Assembly: GCF_009914755.1 (NCBI RefSeq)
Contig: NC_060940.1
Direction: 5' to 3' (one strand)
Source: the human T2T-CHM13v2.0 reference genome, Homo sapiens
DNA: 64,000 bases
The notes under the pieces were generated by a model that did not search any database, had not been told where the DNA came from, and was given only the letters and a program-made list of their open reading frames with translations. Position numbers and translations under genes: made by a program. This document shows positions 34,917-48,794 of the stretch, piece after piece. Positions within the stretch are counted from its first letter, which is position 1. Each line of letters begins with the position of its first letter.

Positions 34917-35054
34917 CTGTACTGTAGCTTTGGGCATCCATGCTAAAGCAATAAATATTTTCTCCTTAAAACTAAAACCAGCAAAGCACATCAATAGATA
35001 TGTGGTTAAAATTCGAACACATAATGCCAAACTCAAGAGTGGCAACAGATATGC
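34917..35054 (-). pseudogene. SLC9B1: SLC9B1-like exon with +1 frameshift
   Basis: 138 bp where the flanking phases require 137; GISVATL^SLALCVRILTTYLLMCFAGFSFKEKIFIALAWMPKATVQ; ttgtag / gtaaga splice sites. Confidence 0.88.
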
Positions 35055-35321
35055 CTACAACAGATGAAAACAAACATAAATAACAAAATATTTGTGAAGA
35101 AGTGTTCTTTATGCCCAGGAATATGATTTCTAAAACTTTCGAAAGCATTTTAAGGCTATTGTCTCTTCATGTGTTTAATTTTTACATAAAATAATGATAA
35201 TAAAAAATGAATATGATGGAGGATTCTCTGTAAAGTGCAAGACAGTATCTGATGGTGGAGGTTCCATGAAAAATAAGACAGATGACATTTATACAATTCT
35301 GAACTAATAGACTTTTTTTGA

Positions 35322-35637
<316 letters not shown>

Positions 35638-35943
35638 AATAGTTTTAAATGAAAGTACTCAAAAAGTGCTGATCGTATCAAATATGTTCCCTCAGGAAAG
35701 AAATCTTATATTTATTTCCTTAGATAACTCAGGGAAGATATTCAGGGCTGTCCCTGGTTTAAAAAAGAAAGAGCACACAGTGTAAAGGAAGAGCAATATG
35801 AAAATATGACACTGTATCAACATGTGTTTCTGAAGAAGGTCCTTGTAGCCATTCAAAGATATATTGTAAATAAAAATAAATGCATTTATAATTTTCTTAA
35901 ATATTTTTGAATTTCATATTTTTTGTGCTCTATTTATTCTTAC

Positions 35944-36052
35944 CAACAATATTTGATTCAAGCGATGAAACAGATACTTCTGCTCCAACTAAACCAAAAA
36001 GAAGTGGTTGAAAAATATCCCATACATTTGTAATAATCTTTTGGACTTTCAT
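35944..36052 (-). pseudogene. SLC9B1: SLC9B1-like exon (109 bp)
   Basis: MKVQKIITNVWDIFQPLLFGLVGAEVSVSSLESNIV; ctatag / gtaaga. Confidence 0.9.
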
Positions 36053-36149
36053 CTATAGAAAAGAGAAATACATTTATAATTATTTTGGCACATAAATATA
36101 TTTCAGAAAGTTAAGTTCTCCCTCACCTTTTTTTTTTTCACTTTTTAAG

Positions 36150-36430
36150 TATTTTAGAGATGGGGTCTTGTTCTGTTGCCCAGGCTGGAGTGTAGTGGCA
36201 TAATCTTAGCTCACTGTAGCCTTGAACTCCTGGGCTCAAGTGATCCTCTCGCAGTCTCCCAAGTAGAACTACAGGTGTGTACCTCCATGCTGGGCTAATT
36301 TTTAAATTGTTTATAGAGACGGGGTCTCGCTATATTGCCCAGGATGGTCTAGAACTCCTGTCTTCAAGTGGACTCTGGCTGTGGCCTCCCAAAGCACTGG
36401 CATTATAGGCATGAGCCACCATGCCTGGCC
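36150..36430 (-). mobile_element. AluJ
   Basis: Antisense Alu. Confidence 0.8.
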
Positions 36431-37704
36431 TAAAGTCACTTAACATTTAATAAATTTAATACACTTTATTTTAATAAAAATGTTAAACTTAATTAATAAA
36501 AACTGAGCACTTCAATAGTTTTACTTAAACACTTAGGTAGAATTTGATTAAAAGAAACTTACAAAGCAATAAAACAATACTATTTGGCCATTTTGTCACA
36601 GAATAAGTGATGTCCTTAGGGTTCTAGCCATGTTTCGTATGAGTTCCAGATTTTGTCTCTAAGTTAACTGAACAGAGATAGAACTACCTCATGCCTGATG
36701 AGAACATACCCAGTTCATGCAAACATTTGGGATCTCAGAAGGAGGTTGGGAAGCCTTCCACTAACAACCATCCTGGAACTCAATCCCATTAAAGTGAATC
36801 CTGATATATATAGCATATACTACTAGGAAAAACAATTTGGAAGTCTACTAGGCCTGCTTCCAAAGAACCCGTGTTGAATACTTTAAAGTTACTTTTTCCT
36901 CAAAACAAAAGAAAACATATATTAGATTCTCATTTAGCTGCCTATCCGGCTTCCCTTTCTGAAAACGAATGCCTCCCAGTACTACTTCCCCAATTAAAAG
37001 GTTACAGGAAAGGCCCCCTATTGGCCTACATTACTCTGGCTCTTCTCCAGGAATTTGGATGAAGAGATTTCAGTCTCAGTCTGGGTTTAATTTTTTTTTT
37101 AAACAGAAGATACATAAGAACTTTGATGTCTCTTCCTTGAGGCATAAACTATCTTTATAACTATTTCCCTTATGACTGTGTTTTCTGATCCCCACTTATT
37201 ATAGTTTAAAAAAAGAAAAACAAAGAAAAACGATGTTACTACTCTTTACAGCATAATTATCCTGTTTGTTACTTTTAATCTTTAAAACTTGTTTTAGTTC
37301 TGTGTCTTTTACCATTTAAAAAAATTCTAGCAGTTTTAATTTTATTTATTGATTTGCATTTCATTCATTTCTTTTATAATTATGATTATATAAGAATACT
37401 AAGCAAAATGCCACTATGATTTTTGATTAGGGAATTTCTCAAGCTGATTCTAAAATTTATCTAAGAAAGAATATGTGTAGGAACAGCCAAAAAATACTTT
37501 AAAAAGAAGTAAAATCTATATTAGATTTTGACACATAAAAGTGCAGTGATTTAAAACAGTGGTGTTGGCATAGAAATAGAGAAGTAGGATTAAATAGACT
37601 TCAGAATTAATATATATGGGAGAATTTAGTTCATGTTAAAAAACTGAATTATTAATGAATTGGTCAATAAATAAACAATTTGGCAAAAAATGACTGTCTA
37701 GATT

Positions 37705-37928
37705 ATGTGCATATATATGTATGTACATATTCATCACATGCAAGTATATATGTGTGTCTGAATATGTATGTATATTTATGTGTGTGTGTGTATATATATA
37801 TATATCTATACACACACACACATCAGGCATGATGTAGTTCTATCTCTGTTCAGTTAACTTACAAACTGTATGTGTGTGTGTGTGTATATATATATAGTTT
37901 GTAAGATACACATATGTATATATGTATA
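37705..37928. repeat. Compound (TG)n/(TA)n/(CA)n microsatellite with a templated insert, within old L1M debris
   Basis: Directly visible. Confidence 0.85.
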
Positions 37929-38594
37929 ACCTTACCTCACAGAATTCACAAAGATAAATTCCAGATAGATTAAAAGACTAAATGAAAGAACAAATTAATC
38001 AAACAAAAACTACCAAAATATTAAATGATAATACACAAAATAGTATATCTTTGTAATGTTTATATGTTATAATCTTCAGTGAGAAAGTCCTTCTTAAATG
38101 AGATGCAGAATCCAAAATCAAAAATGGAAAACCCAATAGGTTTGGTCATAGGAAATTTTACTTTCATACACCAGACACCATAAACAAAGTTGAAGATAAG
38201 CAAAAAATATATGCAATATATACATAACAAAGGATCAGTAGCCCTAACACTAAGAGAAACTATAAATTAGAAACAAAAAAATAAATAACCCAATAAAAAT
38301 GGTCAAAGAAGATCATAGGTATTTTAAAAAGAATATATGAAGAGAAGCTTACTATACTACTAATCAGAGAAATGTAAATAAAGAATAACAACACCACATA
38401 ATTGTAAGAAACTATAAGAATTGGATGGTGAGGTCATTTAATAGTAAAAAGAATAGAACTAGTGATAATATCAAGTGCTGTTGATGAGTTAAGGTATTAG
38501 ATATTGTTGTGCACTGTTGGCAGAGTGTAAATAACCAAAATTTTTGAAGGGATAATTTAGCAGTGTCCATCAAAATAAAACACAGATCATTTCC

Positions 38595-39028
38595 AGCCAG
38601 GTGTGGTAGCTCATGCTTGTAATCCTAGCACTTTGCAATGTCAAGTTGGGAGGATTCCTTGAGCTCAGGATTTTGAGACCAGCCTGGGCAACATAGATAG
38701 AGACTCTGTCTCAAAAAAAAAAATCATTTCTAGGACTCTATTCCTACAGATGTACCTGTAATCCCAACACTTTGGGAGGCCGAGGCAGGAGTATCACCTG
38801 AGGTCAGGAGTTCAAGACCTGCCTGGCCAACATGGTGAAATCCCGTCTCTACTAAAAATACAAAAATTTGCTGGGCGTGGTGGTGCGTGCCTGTAATCCC
38901 AGCTAGTAGGGAGGCTGAAATAGAAGAATCACTTGAATCCAGGAGGTGGAGGTTGCAGTGAGCCAAGGTTATGCTACTGCACTCCAGCCTGGGTGACAAG
39001 AGTGAAACTGTGTCTCAAAAAAAAAAAA
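38595..39028 (+). mobile_element. Alu monomer (38595-38723) followed by a 5'-truncated AluS (38752-39028)
   Basis: Two A-tailed Alu units. Confidence 0.8.
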
Positions 39029-39254
39029 GACATGAACAACACTGTTTATGACAGCACTGTTTGTAAATAACAAAAAGTGGAAACGATCTTAATGTCTACA
39101 AATAGAATACTGGTTACTTAAAAAAATGTAAAGGGGTTCGATATTTGACAGTGGTGGGGAATAAAGAAATCTTTTACATTTTATTCTATATGTTTTATTC
39201 TTTTACAAGCATTTCTATTTTTATTATTTGTTTGTTTATTATTATTTTGTGTGT

Positions 39255-39578
<324 letters not shown>

Positions 39579-39871
39579 TAATTAAAATTTCAATGAATAA
39601 AATAATTAGATTGATATAAGTAATATAATAATATTATATAAAACTTGGGAAAAAGAGAAACCTGATGTGATTAACGCAACTTCTGATTCCATATTAGTAT
39701 ATATCCAGCTGCTTTTCCTAAATATTTTATTTCCTCAATTGATTCATACACTTTCTTGAGGATAGCAAATCTTTTGGAATATTTTCCAACCAGAATGAGG
39801 GGATTTCCTAAATATATGTAAAAAATTCAGTTGTCTTAGCTTTTAAAATATAGCATATTAAAAATATTCAC

Positions 39872-40021
39872 CTTTTCTTGGGACCATTTTGTCCCTGCAA
39901 TGAAACTCAACACTAGTGTGCATAATCCTCCAGATCCATGTAAACCAATACGTTGGCTGCCTAAGACAGCAGAAACACACGTAGTCAAAACAAGGAATCC
40001 TCTCTTCAATGTAAGTTTTTT
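39872..40021 (-). pseudogene. SLC9B1: SLC9B1-like exon (150 bp)
   Basis: KKLTLKRGFLVLTTCVSAVLGSQRIGLHGSGGLCTLVLSFIAGTKWSQEK; ttctag / gtgaat. Confidence 0.9.
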
Positions 40022-40852
40022 CTAGAATTAGATAGATATTTAGAAATTAGTTTATATTAAATATATAATACAAGATTTGACATTATCTATTATATATGTT
40101 TGACCTTTTGATATTATGTCTTTAAATGTTATATTAAATGTCTAAAATTTTGATTTTCTTTCTCACCATACATTTTAGTAGACTTACTACCAAGTAACAA
40201 AATTTCCAATTAGTAACGTTTCATCTTCTGCCACATCTCTGATACTAGTATCAGTAAAATGGTTTAAGTATTACTTTAAGTGAAGAAGAAAAGAGACCCA
40301 TAAAATCTCCAGTTTCATATAACATATCCAATGAATTCTTAAAAAATATTTGAATTACTCTTTGGTCAATATGTTACAGCTAAATTTGGATGGAAATTAC
40401 AGAAATACAAAAGTAATGTCATGTTTTCCTTTAAGGCAGGAAATGGCTAAGTTTGAGTGTTGCCTTTGTCAAAGGATAGCAGGAGTGAATTTCAGTCAGA
40501 AAATATGCAGAAATAAATGGGAACCTATCTCCCCCTAAAATGTTTAAGGGGAAATTATCAAACATCAATAGGCAATTTAGTAGAGAAAGGGAAAGTATAA
40601 TTCAGAGGGATACTCTGCATCAAGTATATTTTTTGACATTCCTTATTTGCCAAATCAGGAAGCAGAGACTTTAATCAAAGCCATTGACCTGTATCAATCA
40701 CTGCTGTGCTCAGTTTTAAATACAGAGTAGGCATTGGAGGCTAGTTTTAGAAAAATAGAGTTAAGTATTAAATTTCATGGATCTTACCAAAGTTTAATAT
40801 TTTGAAAAAAATGTCTAATACTATACTTCTATAAAATAGATTTTGTATTTAC

Positions 40853-40959
40853 TTGGTCTTCACTTGGAAAATATCGAACAAAAAATCCCAAAACAATTCC
40901 TGCCAGCAGACTAATGCATACGTTCCTTATAGAGACTATGGCATTATTAAGCATACCAC
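40853..40959 (-). pseudogene. SLC9B1: SLC9B1-like exon (107 bp)
   Basis: GGMLNNAIVSIRNVCISLLAGIVLGFFVRYFPSEDQ; ctacag / gtaaat. Confidence 0.9.
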
Positions 40960-41271
40960 CTGTAGGGGCACACAATAAAAAAAAATTCACAAAGAAATAT
41001 TTTCACATACACTACACATCAGAAAAGCAAATCTAGGTGGTTCATGAAGAAAAGTAAGCATTTGATAGAACAAATATGTGCAAATGGTCTTTTTATAGTG
41101 ACATGTATGAAAACACATAGATCTATTTAGTACATTAACTATATACTCTCAAATAATTTAATATATACACACAACTCAGAAATGTTCATTATATAAATAG
41201 GCCAGAAAACAAAGACTTAACAAGCACAAGATGCTCCCCTTACATAGCCAATTTAAAAGACAGATTGAGGT

Positions 41272-41619
<348 letters not shown>

Positions 41620-42015
41620 TTAGCATATGGCTGGTAAGGGCTATATTAACAATTCTTCTTTGACGTACTATATGAAAAAAAACAAATGATTTTAACATGA
41701 AAAGAACAATGTAATAACAACATAAAAAATTTTGTTCCAGGGTCAGTCCTAGAAACATTCAAGGGTCATTTAAGATTTCAGTGTATTTAAGTTTCTGCTT
41801 TTGGTGAAGAAAAAAGAAAAAAAAATACAAAATATTCCAGTATATTTTATATTAATTAATATTAATATATCCATACTTGTAGTTCATTGTAATAAGTAAA
41901 AAGCAAAAAATAAAAAAACAGAATGAGTCACACAAATAGTTCAGTTAAGCTCTGGGTAGTGGATTCAATATAGTACGTAAGTATATTTTTAGATATATTT
42001 TCTACTAAATATAAC

Positions 42016-42305
42016 AGGCAGTACATGGTGGGCTCACACCTTTAATCCTAGCACTTTGGGAGGCCAAGGCAGAAGGATTGCTTGAGCCCAAGAGTTGAGA
42101 CCAACTTGGGCAACAGAGTGAAACCCCATCTTCACAAGAAAATAAGAAATTAGCCTGGTATGTGGTGTGTGCCTATAGTCCAAGTACTCAGTAGCCTGAG
42201 GGAGGAGGTCCCTTGAGATCAGGAGTTCGAGGCTGCACTCTAGCCTGGCTGACAGAGCAAGATCCTGTCTCAAGAAAATAAAATATAATAAAAATAAAAA
42301 ATAAT
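42016..42305 (+). mobile_element. AluJ-like, internally deleted
   Basis: gattgcttgagccca J-type motif. Confidence 0.75.
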
Positions 42306-43300
42306 ATAAACAGAGTGATGTCAGCCAGATGGTGAAATGGGAAGCTCCAAACCTTGATTCTCCATAAAGATACCAACTGAAAAACAATATATGGTCTAAA
42401 AGCCTTTATGGAGTTCCATAAACCATTAAGAAGTTGTAGTAGTACAGACAAGTGCAAAGCCAAGAATAGTGGCATTGAACAGATAAGAAAAGCTGTTGCA
42501 TTATACTGATGATACCCCTTCCCCAAGCTCGAACAGGTTGGTTTGGCTGGGAAGCACTCAACTTGCAGCTTCTCCGTTAGCAGGGAAAGAGAAGACTGAA
42601 ACGGAATAGTTTTATGAGGTTACCTGAAGCTCTCTCACTCTCTCTAACTTGACGCCCAACTGGCATACTTTGGATGCATGGGAGCCACTGGGAATAAAGG
42701 AGAGGTCAGAGATGATGCAGCACCAGGGAACCTGCAGTACCACAGACAGATACCAGAAGGAGCAACAGCTCCAGAAAAAGAAACTGGCAAACCTCTACTT
42801 GGGATGTTGCAATGTATAAACCCAAAGAAGATGCATTCCCAGAAAGAGTTTGAGAGGCTGCTGGAACCTATAGCCATGCTGATTCAGGTATGAAGGTCTT
42901 CCGTATGAAGCCAGCTGATAAAAACTGGGAGAAGTGGCAGTTTTTTCAAACGCCCAAATATTGGCAAAAATAAATAAAAAATAAAAAATAACAAGACATA
43001 AGAAGAAAGAGAGAAACCTGATGACTAAATTAAAGGAGCAAAATAAATCTCCAGAAACCAACCCTAAAGAAATAGGTAAATGAGTTACCTGACAAAGAAT
43101 CCAAATTAACTCTCTTAATGAAGCCCAGTGACAACAGAAATAGACAACTAAGTGAAAGCAGGAAATAATTCATGAACAAAATGAAAATATTAACAGAGAT
43201 AGAAACTAAAAAAACAAAAAGGAACCATACAGAAACTCTGGAGCTAAGGAATACAATAGCTCAATTGAAAAATTCACTATCGGAAATCACCAATAGACTG

Positions 43301-44034
43301 TGTAACTGCCCAATGGGTTCACCTCGTGCCCTGCTTAGACAGAGCTGATTTATCAAGACAGGGGAATTGCAATGGAGAAAGAGTAATTCAGGCAGAGCTG
43401 GCTGTGCGGGAGATCAGAGTTTTATTATTACTCAAATCAGTCTCCCTGAGCATTCGGGGATCAGAACTTTTAAAGATAATTTGGCAGGTAGGGGCTTGGG
43501 AAGTGGGAACTGCTTATTCATCAGGTTGGAGATGAAATCATACGGGGTTGAAGTGATGACGTTTTCTTGCTGTCTTCTGTTTGTGGGTGGGGTGGCAGAA
43601 CCAGTTGAGCCATATTACCAGTCTGGGTGGTGTCAGCTGATTCATCCAGTGCAGGGTCTGCAAAATATCTCAAGCACTGATTTTAGGTTTTACAATAGTG
43701 ATGTTATCCCCAGGAGCAATTTGGAGAGGTTCAGACTCTTGGAGCCAGAGGCTGCATAACCCCTCAACTGTAATTTCTAATGTTATAGCTAATTTGTTTA
43801 TCCCGCAAAGGCAGACTGGTTCCAGGCAAGAAGGGGATCTTTTTGGGAAATGGCTATTATCAACTTGGTTTGAGAGTCAAACCATGAACTGAATACCTTA
43901 CCAAAATTAGTTCATCCTACTGCCAGGAATGAACAAGGACAGTTTAAATGCTAGAAGCAAGATGGAGTTGATTAAGTCTGATATCTTTTGCTGTCATAAT
44001 TTCTTCAGTTATAATTTTTGCAAAGGCAGTTTCA
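43301..44034 (-). mobile_element. LTR8-family (ERV1) solo LTR
   Basis: Reverse strand starts TGAAACTGCCTTTGCAAAAATTATAACTGAAG and ends ...CCCATTGGGCAGTTACA. Confidence 0.8.
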
Positions 44035-44725
44035 ATAACATCAAGCAGAAGAAAGAATCAGTGAAACAGAAGACTAGTCATTTGAAATTATGGAGTCAGA
44101 GGAGCAAACGGGAAAAGGAGTGAAGAGTGAAGACAGCCTAAGAGACTTACAGGATGCCATCAAGCAGACCAATGTATGCATTATGAAAGTACCAGAAGGA
44201 GAAGAGAAAAATAAAGGGGCAGAGAGCCAGTTAAAAAAGTAATGACCAAAAACTTCTCAAACTTAAAGAAGGAAATGGACATACAAATCCAAGAGGCTCA
44301 AAGAACTCCAAGTTGGATAATTTGCAAAAGACCTACAATAAGACACATTAGAATTTTGAAAGGAACAGGATCAAAGCAACTTGTCACATACAAGGGAGAT
44401 GCCATATGGTTATCAATGGAATTCTCAGCAAAAACTCTACAGGCCAGAAGAGAATGGGATGATATATTAAAAGGGCTGAAAGAAAAAAAACTGTCAACCA
44501 AGAACTGTATAGCCAGTAAAACTGTACTTCAAAAATGAAGGACAAAGAGTTCCCCAGAGAAGTAAAAGGTGAGGGAGTTGATCACCACTAGGCCTACCTT
44601 ACAAAAAACGTTAAAGGGAGTCCTCCAAGTGGAAATGAAAAGGCATTGGATAGAAATACAAAAGCATACAAAATATAAACTTCTTTGGTAAAGGTAAATA
44701 TATGAGTGAACATAGAATCCTTTAA

Positions 44726-45082
<357 letters not shown>

Positions 45083-46212
45083 TAGAATTTAAAAGGTAAA
45101 AGCATAATATTACTGTATTAAATTATGTGAATAAACAATATAAAATATATATTGTGTGACATTGATAACAAAGTGAGAAGGAGGTGTAAAGAAGTAGAGT
45201 TTTTGTATGTTATTAAAGTTAAGTTGTTGTCAATTTAAAATAGATTATTATAACTATAAGATGTTTTCATGTAATTCTACAGTAACCACAAAGAAAAGAC
45301 CTACAGAAGATACACAAATAAAAATGAGAAAGGAACCAAAGCACGTCCCTACCAAAAAAAGAAATCGGTGAAACATAAAGGGAGGCAGAAAGAGAGGAAA
45401 AGTGGAAAAAAATACCTGCAAGACATGTATAAAACAGTGAACAAAATGACAATAGTAAGCCCCTCCCTATCAGTAACTACTTTAAATGCAAATAGGCTAA
45501 TTTTCCAATCAAAAGACAAAGAATTGGCCGAATGGATTAAAAAAATCTAAATATATACTATATGCAAGAGACTTATGTTAGATCTAAACACACACAAAGG
45601 TTGAAAGTGAAAGGATGGAAAAAGATATTCAATGCATTTGGTAACCAAAAGAGAACAAGGATGGCCATACTTAGACAAAATAGAGTTTAAGTCAAATAAT
45701 AGCACAAGAGACAAGGATATTACATAATAATAAAAGGGCCAATTGACCAAGAAGATATAGCAATTATAAATGTATATGCAACTAACAGTACAGCATCTAA
45801 ATATATGAAGCTAACGTAGACAGAATTGAGGGGTAACATAGATAACAACATCATAATAACAAAAAACTTCAATATTCCACTTTCAATTATGGATACAATA
45901 ACCAGACAGAAGATCAACTGGAAAACACAGAACTTGAACAACATTGTAGACCAATTGGACCTGTCTGACATATACAGAACACTTCACCCAATAATAGCAA
46001 AATATGCTTTCTTCTCAAGTACATACCAAGACTTTTCCAGGATAGATGGCATGCTAGTCCACAAACAAGTTTTTAAAAATTTAAGAAAACTGAACTCATA
46101 CCAAATATCTTTTCTGACCACATTAAATGAAATTACAAATTCATAGCAGAAGGAAAAAGGAAAAGTAATAAATATGTGGAAATTACAAAAATATACTCTC
46201 TACCAATTGGTC

Positions 46213-46903
46213 TGTGTGGTTAATATTAATTGTCAATTTGATTGAGGGATGCTCAGATGCCTGATGAAGCACTGTGTGTGGGTATATCTGTGAGGGTGTT
46301 GCCACAGGAGAATGATGGATGAGTTAGTGGACTGAGAGAGAAAAACCCATCCTCACTGTGGGTAGGCATCATGCAATTGGTTGCAAGTGTGACTAGAACA
46401 AAAAGGCAGAAGAATGGGAACATTCAGCTTGCTTGGATTTCTTTTTTATGCACTTTCTCTCTCTTCCAGAGCAGTATGCCTTTTTCTCCTCTTGCCCTTG
46501 CACATCAAACTCTAGGTTCTTTGGCCTTTGGACCCTGGGACTTGCATCAGCAGCCTTTTGGGAGCTCTCAGGCCTTGGGCCTCAGACTAGTGGCTGCACT
46601 GTCAGCTTCCCTGGTTTTGAGACTTTCAGATTTGGACTGAGCCATGTCACTGGCTTCCTTGGGAGCCATGCTGTAAGCTTCTCTCATTTTCCAGCTTATA
46701 GATGGCCTATTGTGGGACTTTGCCTTTGTAATTATGTGAGCCAATTCTCCTTAATAAATTATATTTCATATACATGTAAATATATTCTCTTTTAGATGCA
46801 TGTATATGTATCTCTATTATCTATTATCTATATCTATATCTATATCTATATCTATATCTATTTCTTATTGGATCTGACCCTCTGGAGAACTCTGATTAAT
46901 ACA
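46213..46903 (+). mobile_element. MLT2 (ERVL) solo LTR with internal (TCTATA)n; TSD TGGTC/TAGTC
   Basis: tgtgtggttaatattaattgtcaa...ccctctggagaactctgattaataca. Confidence 0.8.
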
Positions 46904-47156
46904 TAGTCAAAGAACAAGTCACAAGGAAAATTAGAAAATGTCTTGAGACAAATAAAAATGGAAACACAACATTCCAAAGCTTGTGGGATGCAGCAAAATG
47001 AATATGAAGAGGACAGTTTATATATCTAACTACCTACCTTAAAAAAGAAGAAAGATCTGAAATCAGCAACTTAACTTTACACCTCACGAAACTGGAAAAA
47101 GAAGAACTCAACCCAATGTTAGCAAAAGGAAGGAAATAATAAAGTCTAGAGCAGAA

Positions 47157-47448
47157 GGCCGGGTGCAGTGGCTCATGACTGTAATCCCAGCACTTTGGGA
47201 AGCTGAGGCAGGTGGATCACCTGAGGTCGGGAGTTCAAGACCAGCCTCAGCAACATGGAGAAACCTGTCTCTACTAAAAAATACAAAATTAGCCGGGCAT
47301 GGTGGTGCATGCCTGTAATCCCAGCTACTCTGGAGGCTGAGGCAGGAGAGTCACTTGAACTGGGAGGCGGAGGTTGAAGCAAGCGGAGATCACGCCATTG
47401 CACTACAGCGTGGGCAATAAGAGTGAAACTCCATCTCAAAAAAAAAAA
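47157..47448 (+). mobile_element. AluSp/Sq-like
   Basis: aacatggagaaacc and gcaataagagtgaaactcc diagnostics. Confidence 0.8.
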
Positions 47449-47872
47449 GGCTAGAGAATAGAAAAAACCCAATGAAACTAGTAGTCGTTTCAAAGTTCAA
47501 CAAAATTGACAAATCATTAGCTAGAATATTTAAGAAAAAAAATAATGAAGACTCAACTTCTTTTAGGAACAAAAGAGAAGACACTGCAACAGATATTTAC
47601 AGAAATAAAAACGATTCTAAGAGTCTACTATGAATTATTATATACTGACTAGTTGGATAACCTAGGAGAAATGAACAGATTCCTAGTAACATGCAAGTTA
47701 CCAAGACTAAGTCACAAAATAAAAAATCTTAATAAACCTATAACTAGTAGTGAATCAGGAATCAAAAACCTCCCAGCAAACCAAATACCTGATAAGGGGT
47801 TAATATCTAAAATATATACAGAACAACAACTCAATAACAAAACAACCTAAATGAGAAATGGTCAGTTGACTT

Positions 47873-48225
47873 TGCTATGGTCCAAATGTTCTCCCAATAT
47901 TCATATGCTGGAGCCTAATATTCAATGTGATAATATTAAGAGGTGGAGCATTTTGGATATGATTAGTTCATGAAGTCATAGCCCTCAGAAATGGGACTAG
48001 GGCCTTTATAAAAGAGGCTTAAGGGAGTTTGTTTTCCCTTTTGAACATGTGAGGACACAGAGAAGGTGCTATGTATAGTGAATGTAGTGACCTCACCGGT
48101 CACTGAGTCTGTTGTAGCCTAAATCTTGGACTTTTCACACTCCAGAATGCAAGAAATAAATTTCTGTTGTTTATAAATTACCAGCCTAAGGTATTTTGTT
48201 ATAGCAGCAGAAATGGACTAAGATA
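47873..48225 (+). mobile_element. MLT1A/MST-type MaLR solo LTR, TSD GACTT
   Basis: tgctatgg...ggactaagata flanked by gactt at 47868-47872 and 48226-48230. Confidence 0.8.
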
Positions 48226-48289
48226 GACTTGAATAGACATTTTTTCCAAAAAAAAAAAAAAATACAAATGGCCAACTAGCATATCAACC

Positions 48290-48789
48290 CAACACTACGT
48301 GGAAGCTGCCAAGCCTTGGGGATTGAACTCTGAAGCAATAGCCTGAGCTGTACGTTGGCTCCTTTTAGCCATGGCTGGGACACAGGGCACCAAGTCCCAA
48401 GACTGCACAGAGCAGCAAAGTTCTGGGCCTGGCCCACATAACCATTTTTTCCCTCCTAGGCCTCCAACCCTGTGACAGGAGGGGCTGTCGTGAAGAACTC
48501 TGACATGCCCTGGAGAAAATTTCCCCATTATCTTGTCAATTAACATTTGGCTCCTTGTTACTTCTGCAAATTTCTGCAGTAAGCTTGAATTTCTCCCCAG
48601 AAAATGGGTTTTCTTTTCTATCACATCATCAGGTTGCAAATCTTCCAAACTTTTATGCTCTGCTCCCTTTTAAACATAGGTTCTAATTCCAAACCATATT
48701 TTTGTGAATGCATAAAACTGAACACTTTTAAGAACACTCAGGTCATAAATTGAACACTTTGCTGCTTACAAATTTCTTCTACCAGATGT
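48290..48789 (-). mobile_element. THE1/MST-internal (MaLR) sequence, left part
   Basis: Typical MaLR-int motifs (aagctgccaagccttgggg, cttgaatttctccccagaaaatggg); continues at 57629. Confidence 0.8.
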
Positions 48790-48794
48790 TCTGG

